Assembly: GCF_018977255.1 (NCBI RefSeq)
Contig: NW_024704742.1
Coordinates: forward strand, 83,144,001 to 83,208,000
Source: Callorhinchus milii
Taxonomy: Eukaryota
Direction of reading: 5' to 3'
Length of the DNA stretch: 64,000 nucleotides
In this document: piece after piece, positions 26,231 through 36,750 of the stretch
How the letters are laid out: the number at the start of each line of letters is the position of its first letter
Numbering within the stretch: the stretch's first letter is position 1
Translations under genes and position numbers: made by a program
Notes under the pieces: generated by a model
Seen by the model: only the letters and a program-made list of their open reading frames with translations
The model's database searches: none
What the model was told of the DNA's origin: nothing

Positions 26231-26714
26231 TGCATGGTTTCCCTCACTTGACTAAAAACAACTGTTAGAGAAATAATTTGATTAACTAAAGCAAATGTGT
26301 TCATGCCAGATGAGACAGAGGCCAAACAACACAATGTAAAACATTCCCCCTCAGACCAGGCTTTAATAATGTTATGATTTTCAGAGAATACAACTGCAAA
26401 AGTGTTTACTATGTATAGTATAGTCATAGTTTCAACTCACATGCTGCAATATAAAATATCAAGCATGAGTACACATTCACCTACAAAAATGCAATTACTA
26501 GTGAATCCTGTGAAGTGCTTTGAGATGTCCTCCTGACATGAAAGATGCTGGAACAAATGCAAGGATTATTATTGTTATTTTATAATATGTTTGGGCACAT
26601 CACCATTTTTTAACATATATGCTAAATATATTGCACTCTGAGGTGTTAACATTTGCAACATGGAGATAATAAATTGTGAATATTTGGTGGTCCCTAGGCT
26701 TTCTGTGTCACCCT

Positions 26715-27070
26715 TCCTTCGTCAGTAGCATTCTCGCAACTGAGGCAGAAAGTTCTTGATTCAAGCCCTACATTGGGACTTTGAACTCACAATCTAGACT
26801 GACACTTCAGTGCAGGGATGAGGGTACACTACATGGTTGGATGAGACCTTAAACTGAGGTAACTGCTCGAAGAGAGAAGGAAGGTTTTCCCAGTGTTCTG
26901 GCCAACGATCCCCAGATAAAATTGATAATTCATCCCATGTTTATTTGTGGGACATTGTTGGGTGCAAAGTGGCTGCATGGTGTGCTTACAAAATGTAGTT
27001 ACTATGCTTTAAAATATATCCTGTGAAGTACTTTAAGGCGCCCTCCTTGACAGGACAAATGTAAGGATTT
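26715..27070 (+). mobile_element. Deu-SINE, near full length
   Basis: Head (gtagcattctcgc...ttcaagccc), Deu core (ctagactgacacttcagtgcag) and tail. Confidence 0.75.
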
Positions 27071-27465
27071 TTTCATATACCCATGTATTACACGAGTGCA
27101 TCAGGTGCATTAAGGTGTATGAAGTGCAGAGCAGCATTGCTCTGGTGCTTGTAACAATAATCCTGTCATATTTTTCTTTCCCACTTGTTCCTGTGTTGCC
27201 TCTGTGGAGGCTGTGGTGTGAGGCTTCCCTTTTACACAGGATAAGGCATTAATTGTTTATATGACACAAAATGTGCCTGCACTATTGGCAGATAAAAAGA
27301 AAGAGAAGGAAAGTATTTAATTATCTAATTGTTCTTGAGTATTATTATTATTATTGGACTTACAACTGAGGGAGAGAACTGTGTTGGATTCTATAAAATT
27401 GCGAATCATACACAAACCCGCATTTGAAAAGAAAATGAAACATTTATCGGTAAAATCAGTCGTAA

Positions 27466-28030
27466 AACAACAACAGCAACAAGATTACATTTGTATAGTG
27501 CCTTTCACATCAGGAGGACGTCCCAAGGCGAAAACTTGCCACCCCGCATGAAAGGTGCTACGTAAATGCAAGTTGTTTTTTGTTCAATCCTTTACATTGT
27601 CTCATTGGAAAAGGTTTTCACCAAGCTGCATATCCCTGCACTGATGAGAGTAAAGTGCAAAGAAAGGTTGACGACCACATCTTTCCCTCTAGAATTCGGA
27701 GACACTTCTTATCAGTTACAGGCTTCAGCCGCTTGCAAAACAGATTCTTAATTTCTTCTAATGAACAATTCTGCTTTAAATTTGAGAGCGAGAAAGAAAG
27801 AGAGAGAGACAGAGAACTAAGCAAGATAAAGGGAAGTTTAAGAATGTGGACCAAAAGCATGAGCGAAGAGATGTGTTTTAGGAGGTTTTTGAAGGCAGGA
27901 GAAAGGAAGAAAAACAAAGGGATTTTGGACAAGCGTTTCAGAGGGTAGGGAAATAGTGGCTGAAGACTTGGCCACCAAAGGAAGGACAGAAAAATCAGTG
28001 GATCAGAATCGAAAGGTACAAGCACAAGCA
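27466..28030. mobile_element. Cluster of L2 3' fragments on both strands
   Basis: caacaacagcaacaagattacatttgtatag and gtgctacgtaaatgcaagttg tails; FKNLLKHI-like L2 end on the reverse strand at ~27850-27980. Confidence 0.6.
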
Positions 28031-29766
28031 TTTTTGCAGAATATTGCTGTTTGCAAATTTGTCAATCCACTACAAAATACACAGTCACTGCACTTTACAG
28101 CAAATCCTCCCCACGTGAACATTCTCCCCACGTGAAAATCGCTATATAAATGTAAGGATCAGCATTATTGTCATTAATGTTATTAATAGTAAGATGGGAA
28201 GAGTGTGCATAAATAGTTAAAGGCAAGACAGGGAAGGGATTCAATTGTTTGGATAAGGAACCGTGAGTCAATCAACTGGGGTACTTGGAGCCAATAGATG
28301 TGCAGATACTAGTGTGAGAGAATACAGCCTGCAGTTTGGGATGCAATTGTGATATAATTTAAGATCATGTAGCATTTTGGAAAACTCCTATATTCAATCC
28401 GAATATCAAAAAAAACTATTTTCTGTAAGTTTCTTTTAAGAACAGCAGAAAACTGACTTTGAAGCCAAGACTGAATGTACCAACTTCCTGAATTCTGGGT
28501 GGTCCAAAATGCAACATAGATAGAGTAAATCGAGACCTGGTGGAACTTGATTAACTTTTTAATGTTGATAGTTTCTTTATTCTCACAAACCCTGCTTTCT
28601 CAAAAGCTTTTAATTTTTTTCCAATGTGCATCTTTAGGAACAAGGCGATTCCTAAATTATGTGTAACAAGAGCTTTCTTGAACGGTTCTCAATTAATGCA
28701 AATTATTACTAACCACAGTGTTAATGACAGGTTCTCCAAGACATTTCTTTAAGAAATGATGCTGTTTCTATTCAAATACTGTTCTAAGAGCCTCAGAGGA
28801 TGTCAAGTGCAATCACTGTTATTGCAGTTTCCACAGTAATCAATTTAAATCATAATGAAGGGAACAGAAGGAAATCAATAGACTCTGAAATTACAAATAA
28901 AGGGAAGCTATCGTTTAAAAGCGTTTGGTTGCAATCTTCCATATTAATGGAGTCAGAAATGGCCGTGTCATTCAGGAGCACCATGGTGTATAATTCAGTT
29001 GAATGCATAAGAAAATCTAAATGCTCCTGCAACAATTAGAATTTCCCGCAAAGTGCTGGCTGCGGCTCGAGCCCCCAATATGATGTTGATTATTGTGTCA
29101 CGATGCCTTTGAATAACAGGCACCTCAGGCTGTCACCATCAAAGGCAGAGCAGACTCCGAGAAAGGAGGCAAATCGTGTCTCTTTAACACTTCCTATGCC
29201 TTTGACGTCTGAATTAGCATCAGTGAGCAGGGTAACAGAATTTTTTTGTGTAACCGTTAAAACGGTTTCAAAGCTCTCTTCTCAGGCTGGAAACGTTTCA
29301 AGCTGTTTCTGAATATTACCCAGTTTGGCTTTTATTGAAAGTTTTAACAAACGTAATCATAAGGATGAATTCTCTCAGCATGACACATTGCTGGATCCGG
29401 ATCTTCAGGGAGCCATTAGTTGCTGATGGCTCTCGTTGGTGTGAATGAGTGAAATAATGTTCAGTGTCATGCCCTTTTAGAGCTCTGTGCATTAATTTGA
29501 TTTAAAGTAGCAGCCAATAATCCAAACTTAATAGGAAAGAGGCTTCCTAGAAACTGAGGAACAAGGATGGATACTCGGGACCATCAAGCTTGTTCTGGCA
29601 CAGGATAATTTGTGATTCATACTAACCTCCGCACCACCCCTTCCTGCATCTTATTCCTTAACAGTTTTACTCCACAGATGTCTATCTATACACTAGGTAG
29701 ATGGTACCTGCCTTCAACCTAGTGAGGGCTCAAATTTGTGCTTGTTGGATATCAAATGACTATCCC

Positions 29767-30830
29767 TTTTTTCGGGATCAGCCAGGAGTCTGACACATGT
29801 GGAAACCTATCACCAGGCTTAACAATATCCAAACCAGAGTTCCATGCATCCCATCTAAATGTGGACATTCCAGAGATATTTATTGGATTAGAATACACAC
29901 TCCCTCCCTGGAGAGACGCATCCTGCTTACCTAATTCCAGAAAGTATGAGGCGCAAGTTGGCAAGAGCGAAAGCTTGTGGACCCCAGAGTGTGCGTTGGG
30001 GTACTGCTGGAATCTAACAAGCTAAAACCACATAGCTTGCCATTGAAAACACCAACTGGGAAGCTTTCCTGCTGCTTGCCCAGCTAGAGTCCTATAGCTC
30101 TGTGGTTAGAACACTCGCTTTGCAAGCGAGAGACCTGGGTTCGATTCCCGGCAGGGTGAAACCTTGCTTACTCCACACGCCTGGTAATAATCCCTCATGA
30201 AAAAAATAATAAATTGGCCATTTCAATCCACGACTGTTTGTGGGACATTGCTGTGCACAATTGGCTGCCAAATTTCGCCCACAAATATACAGTCAATTCA
30301 CTTTACAGTATATTCTGTGAAGCGCTTTGAGATGTCTAGAAGACGTGAAAAAGCGCTATATCACATGCAAGGATTATTATTATTATTATAAGTCCACCCT
30401 ACTAGTTAAGGCTTAAGTTTACAGAGTTAACAGAAGCTGAGTAGGAAGAGTCCCTTCCCCCAGTGACTGGTCTGCCCTAGCAAGTCCTGCCGATGAGCCA
30501 GCTATGCTGTTATCAGCAATGGTCTGGAATACTGCAGACCCGGCTGGCTCAGAAACTTGACTACTAAGATTGCCACAGAGTGCTGGCTCGATTCCGACAC
30601 TCCTCTGTTAAACATGTCACTTTGCAATCAGTTGAGGTCCAAAGAGACCCCACTTACCTCCCCCCTAGGAGCATAGTCACAAATTGACTCTGTTTTTTAG
30701 TATTGAGGTAAGCACTAACCAGGATTCCACTAACTAGCAGCGCTGGGACCGAAAATCCAATAGTCACACCCTGGGTGGCTTTGGGCCCATCATAATGGAG
30801 TCCAGGGGGAGGCACTGCACCCACAGAACA
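29767..30830 (-). repeat. Family X copy A (longest), interrupted by a young SINE at 30087-30389
   Basis: Colinear similarity to copies B, C, E and F on both sides of the SINE; T-run at 29767-29772 is an A-rich end on the minus strand. Confidence 0.7.
30087..30389 (+). mobile_element. Young SINE, short form
   Basis: Head with gggttcgattcccgg B-box and full tail. Confidence 0.92.
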
Positions 30831-32292
30831 GCCTTTAGTTATCAAAAGTCTTTATCAAAAGTATGATACATTATACATTGGAATTTTCCCCCTGTTAAAT
30901 ATAACCTGCAATGAACTTAGAGTATCATGTGTTTCCCTTCTTCCTCACATTTCACGCTCTTTGTTGCAACTTTGAAGTTTCCACTTGTTGAATTTCAATG
31001 AAATCTTGCGTTACTTAACAAAGTCTGCCATTGATTGACTTTGATCTTGTGCTTTCTTTGATGGGATCACCTGTGACATAGTGAAGCACAGGTTTATTTT
31101 ACTCCACTCGTGAAGCTCAAATGTTCTTTATTGTAACTGGTGCTAAAGCATAAATCTAAATCTCTTGAAGATTAATAAGAACCCTTGCTTTTCAATACAG
31201 CACCTTATCAAATTGAAATGGCTCAAAGCGCTTCGCAAATGTCACTGTAAAGTGTAGTGACCGTGTATTTGCAGGCGGACAAACAATATTAAGTTTATAG
31301 CAAATAAACAAATTTGGTAAAGCACAAACCATTACGTCCATTATCCTGGGATGGGGGAGAGGGAGAGTGAATCATTCCCGCAGTCTCAGTATACTGTGAT
31401 ACTGCCGTGCCTAATAACTGATTTAAGCTAAAAATAGGCTACTGACTTGCATCAATCAATAGTCTGTGAAGCGAAACACTCAAAAGAAATTAGGAAAAGA
31501 ATATCAGGCCTATCAAACGGCAGTGATAACGTTCGATGAAATCTTTTTTCAAATTGGGCTGAGGTTGGAGGTTTGGGGGTAGCGTGGTGGATGGAGGTGA
31601 TCTTTACAAATTGATGGAAATTTTTTCGTTTCAATAACAGTTTATGATGTGATTGCATCAAATGTGACAGGCAGATTGCAACAGTGTGTTTTTTATTCTT
31701 TTGTGTGCAGCTCCAGTTGAACTAGACAAATGTTCAGAATTTAAATAACGTTCATTTGAACAGTCGCTCTTTTCAGGATCATTTGGGATATTCAAAATAA
31801 TCTGGATTTGTGAAGTCAATTATGTCTTTGCAGCCTTTCCATCAGATGTTGGAATGTAAATATCACGGCCCGAGAATCCCAATTTGGCAAAATCAAAAAA
31901 ATGGCAAGTGATAAAAATTCAACTACTGTTTCCTGACAGCAATTTTCTCACCGGCCTTTTCTCAGGAACTTTACTAGCTTGGGTTTCGGGATTCATTCTT
32001 TGGGAATTTTACACTCCGAAGTCTGCAAATTTGGAGTGGCGACACAATTAACATTTGTCACTCTCAAAATCAGCCCCAGTTACAGCTAATGGAGGTTGCA
32101 TGTGCTGGTAGTGCTACTCTAATAAATAACAATAACAATAATAAGCCTTGCATTTAACATAGCACCTTCTCACATTGTAGAGAGTGCTTCATAGGACTTA
32201 CTGGTGCAAAGGCACAAACTCTACGTCTCATCTGATCTGGTATAATATTGGGGCAAAATGTGTAGCACTCTGAAATCAATCCTTAATCAAGA

Positions 32293-32562
32293 ACAACAAA
32301 TTACATTTGTTTAGCGCCTTTCTCGTTCGGAGAATGTCCCAAGGTGCTGGACAGTCAGGGATCCAGATCCGAGCTGGTGGTTGGGATCAAGAGGGGTGAA
32401 GGGTGAGGACGGGAGGGGTAGGAAGGTGGCCGAAGGCACAGTCGAAGAGGAGGATCTTGAGACAATTCTTGAAGGAGGCAAGGGAGGGGCGAGGTGAAGG
32501 GACTGTGGGATGGAGTTCCAGAGGGTGGGGGCAGAGAGGCTGAAGGCCCGACTGCCAGTAAG
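32293..32562 (-). mobile_element. L2 3' end
   Basis: GSRAFSLSAPTLWNSIP...SFKNCLKILLF plus (TTG)n tail. Confidence 0.88.
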
Positions 32563-33127
32563 ACAGGGAAATAATCCCTGTCTCAATCAACAGAAACCGC
32601 TTCTAATAATCATCCAATAATTCTTGCATTTGATATAGTTCCTTATCACGTCATCAAAACAAAAGCTTCATAGCAATCCACAAACAGCCACAAATTGAGT
32701 GAGCAATTTTCTGGGAGCAAGTAACACAGGAACAGGCAAAGGTATTCCACATTGGTCACCTCATCATTAACACATAGTGCTCTATTGAGGGGAAGGGAAA
32801 ACTTTTGGTGACAGCAGGGCATCTAATGATCAGATCATCTGCAACACAGTAAGTAATAGGGTTGTTTTAGTTCAGTGATGCTCAAGTGCTCTTTTTTGTA
32901 ATTGACTCTCCTAAGGGAAAACTAAAGCTTAATCTCTTGAAGATCACATTATCTCTGCGGTAAAAAACAAGTTCTTGCGTGGGCTAAAACATGATGGTGA
33001 GAGGGATGGAGGGGGTATAGTAGTTGTTATTCATTCACTTTCCTCACCCTCTATATAATGGTCACACGTTAAGCATTCTGGATTCATCACCAGAAAGATC
33101 AGTGATTTAGTCAATCTAACATTACAT

Positions 33128-33206
33128 TGCTCTTCTCAAAGAGCCGGCACAGACTCGATGGGCCGAATGGCCTCTTTTTGTGCTGTACGATTCTATGATT
33201 CTATGA
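33128..33206 (+). mobile_element. CR1 3' tail
   Basis: gatgggccgaatggcct...gattctatgattctatg. Confidence 0.85.
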
Positions 33207-33401
33207 ACAATAGGAACTTGATTTAATTCATTGGTATCCTCAACAGACAGGGAGACTTTAGCAGGGACTGTAAGGAGTGCAATCAAGTTAATATAGTTAG
33301 CAAGTGAGCAAAGGAGATTAGGAGAATTTTTTTTATACAAAGATTTGTTGGGATGTACAATGCCCTGCTGGGTGCGATGGTTGCTAATCACTATAGGATC
33401 C

Positions 33402-33725
33402 AGTCCTATAGCATAGTGGTTAGCACGCTCACCTCACAAACAAGAGGACCCAGGTTTGATTTCTATTTCCTGGGTGCTGCAAAACCTTAGGCCTGTTTTC
33501 TTTCTCCTCACGCCTCTGTTTACGGAGCAGTAAGTAGGAACCCAGTTGTTAGTCAATTGGTGGATGACTTTCCGGGCGTAATAATCCCTAAAAAAAAGTT
33601 TGGTCACTCAATCCATAACTATTTGTGGGATACTGCTGTGCGTATTGGCTACTGCGTTCCACCCATAGAATATACAGTCAATCCACTATCCAATATATTC
33701 TGTGAAGTGCAAGGATTATTATATT
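33402..33725 (+). mobile_element. Young-type SINE, long form, diverged
   Basis: Head, long body (gcagtaagtaggaaccc) and shortened tail. Confidence 0.85.
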
Positions 33726-33726
33726 C

Positions 33727-34352
33727 ACTTTCAAGAGTGAAGTGGAGAGATATCTAAAAAGAAGTAATTTGAAACGGTATACGGGGAAAAGCAGGAAAAT
33801 GGGACTGAACGGATTTCTCTTTCAGAATCAAAATGATGGACAGAATGGCATTCTTTTGTGTTTTCCTTCTGCCTCGCGCCCTCACTCCCCACCTTTCTTT
33901 ACAACCACGCTTTTGGTCACCTATCCCCCACAGACTTTCCTCAGCTCCTCCCGTCCCCCACTCATGCTCCCAATCAGTTCTGTGAAGCTTTGAGATGGAG
34001 ACAGTGCAGAGAAGAGCAATGAAAATGATTCCCAGTGTCAAAGGAATGAGCTATGAGCAATGATTAGACAAGTTAGGGCTCGTCAGTCTTGAGAGAAGAC
34101 GACTTAGAGGGGACCTCATAGGGTTGTATAACATTCTAAATGAGATTGAAAAAGTAAACCCAGTTCAATGGGACGCTGCCCTGCATGACAGGCTATATAA
34201 ATGCAAGTTGTCGTTGTTATCAATACTTCAGGCGGCACCAAGACAGTAGAATAAAAGAACATAGGTTTACAGCCATAAAGGACAACTTCAGGACAAATAT
34301 CAGTAAGTTTCTCTTACTCAGAGGGTAATCAATGACTGTAAGAGGTTGCCAG
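33727..34352 (+). mobile_element. Patchwork of CR1 fragments (33727-33865; 33997-34352) and L2 tail pieces
   Basis: ETVQRRAMKMIPSVKGMSYEQ*LDKLGLVSLERRRLRGDLI. Confidence 0.8.
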
Positions 34353-35244
34353 GAATGATGGTTGAGACCAGAACACATATCCACACACACAAAAACGCCA
34401 TATCCACAGACACACATCTACATTGATACAATTTATACTTACAGAGCACCTTTCACTTTGGGAGGATGTTTCAAAACGCTTGATAGACATGTATCCACAG
34501 ATTCACATGCACAGACACATATTCACATTGGCAGACACACACTAAAAACCTTTATTATGATTGTTATTGTTATTGTCCAAGTGTCAGACACCTGGCTGAC
34601 CCTCCCAAAAAAAATTGGCCACATGACAGACATAAGTCCACATTGACAGAAATGCATAGACACATGTGCGTTAATTTGGAAATCAGCAGTTTCTGTTATT
34701 TATAAGAGCAAATGGAAGGCAGAGTTCAGGACAAATCTGACTTGTTTTTGCCTTCAATAATGTTCTGCAGCTCAAATTGCATGACACTGTTGTACTTTGT
34801 ACCTGAAACCCAGAGAAAAGCATGGAATACAAGAACACAGGAAAAACAGAACAAAATAATTCGGACGAACTCGAACCTGACTCCAATAACACACAAGTGA
34901 AAAGAAAGAGTGTTCCTCAGAAAGTATAATCATTGGTTCATTTTTTTTCTCTCAATTCACTTTGTGTAGCTAAACCTTTTGTGTTTTTGTGTGTGGACAT
35001 TTACACACTGAGCGAGGAGCTGCAGGCTGTCTGTCGCACTATTTACTTACCTGTCTCTAAGACTGATTTCAAGCTAAATTAAATACAATGGCAGAACCAG
35101 TACACAAATAATCTGTCAGGGCAGAATCTGTATAGATGACAAGCTAAATCACTATCTCACAGCTTCTCAAATTCCCGAGTTACTGTTTTCAACAGGCAGA
35201 AAGTATATCTTAAAAAGAGATCAGAATCTGTAAAATAAGACAGC

Positions 35245-35600
35245 TGTCCCGCTGGTTCAGTGAGACTATCCAGTGAGCCTCTGAACCATGGTCCCAGGTT
35301 TGTTTCTCAATCTGTGTTAGCTGAGCTCAGCAGTGCTGTCAGTTCAAGAGCGATCAACGTAGCGCACCCAATAGTTATTGAGGTGAAAATAAACCCAGGG
35401 TTCCCATTCCTGATTGCTAGCTAGTGACCCATGCTGGGCGATGCATGTGTATGACACCAGTTCGGGGTAGAATTGTTCCTGTGGGTTGAATAGCTTGTTG
35501 ATACTTACTGTCAAGACTCGCACATGAAAAGCAACCACTTGAACGAGGTACTGTAGGGTGCCCAGCACCTGTGGAATTATACGCTAGTGGAAGGAAAAAG
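35245..35600 (+). mobile_element. Family U SINE, near full length
   Basis: ggttcagtgag head, ggtcccaggtttg B-box-like motif, ccagggttcccattcctgattgcta, gttgaatagc, cacatgaa. Confidence 0.65.
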
Positions 35601-35636
35601 AAGTCAATACAATACAAATATATACATATAAATTGT

Positions 35637-35928
35637 GGAGACCTATAGCTTAGTGGTTAGAGCACTCGCCTTGCAAGCGAGAGATCTGGGTTCGATTCCC
35701 AGCAGGGCGAAACATTGAGCAAGTTTTCTTATTCCACATGCCTCTAGCTGTAAGTAGGAACCCAGTTGTTAGTCAAATGGCGGATCGCTTTTCCAGGGTA
35801 ATAATTTCTTCAAAAAAAAAATAATAAATTGGTCACTTCAATCCACGACTGTTTGTGGGACATTGCTGTGCGCAATTGGCTGCCGCATTTCGCCCATAAA
35901 ATATAGAGTCAATTCACTTTACCGTATT
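35637..35928 (+). mobile_element. Young SINE, long form, 3'-truncated
   Basis: Intact tRNA-like head and body. Confidence 0.9.
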
Positions 35929-35962
35929 TGAAAAAACAGATACGTGTTCAATTCCTGCAGAT

Positions 35963-36345
35963 GTCAGCCGAGCTCAGTTGCTAACACTCTTGCCTCTGAG
36001 TCAGAATTTGTGAGTTCAAGACCCACGTCAGGCCTTTGAACTCAAGTGCAGTGCTGAATTGGCAATGTTACTGTCCTTCAAATGGAACATTAAATTGAGG
36101 CCTCGTCTGCCTGTTCAAGTGGATTTGAAAGATCCCATGGCACTAGTCAAGAAGAGAAGGGAGTTTCTCCCATTGTCCTGGCTAACCATCCTCCAGATAA
36201 AATTAATTATTCACTCCATGGCCTGAATTCACTGCTCTGAATGTCCACAAATATAGAGTAACTACACTTCACAGTACCCTCCTGTGAAGTGCTTTGAGAT
36301 GTCTTCCCGATGTGAAAGGCTCTAACTAAGGATTATTATTATTAT
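35963..36345 (+). mobile_element. Deu-SINE, near full length
   Basis: gctcagttgctaacactcttgcctctgagtcagaa head, aaagatcccatggcact core, shared tail. Confidence 0.82.
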
Positions 36346-36687
36346 GCAATGATATCAGAGGAAGATTCATTATTAAACTGCTTTGGTGCACTATCAATGG
36401 CCAGCTGGTGATGACCATCAGGTCTGAGAGCAGGGCACCTCGGTATTCTCTCAAGCACACAGGATGCACAGTTGATTGAGATCTGTACAGGGAGGAAATG
36501 AGAAGTAGTTATCAGACCCTCATGGACGATTGCAGACAGTCATAGCACGCACATCAGGGTGATGCATAGGAGATAACAGAGATTAGAGAGGTAAACAGAT
36601 GAGTAGGTTTCCTATCAGATTATTTCATCCAAAAGAAATGTAAGCAGCGAGCTCTGTTGTTACTTGTCCCCATGTAGTTTTGACCCA

Positions 36688-36750
36688 GGAGGAGGAGGGG
36701 ACGGGGGGGGGGGGGGGGGGGGGGGGGGGGTTGGGGGGGTGGGGGGGGGG
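36688..36750 (+). repeat. Poly-G tract
   Basis: G28-TT-G7-T-G10. Confidence 0.9.

Noticed and set aside
29767..30087. Helitron/Helentron end (hairpin followed by CTAG)
   Set aside because: Homology with copy E continues past the hairpin and across the SINE, so this is not a terminus.
30087..30160. Bona fide tRNA-Ala genes
   Set aside because: Every tRNA-like head is fused to a SINE body and tail, with no terminator after the acceptor stem.
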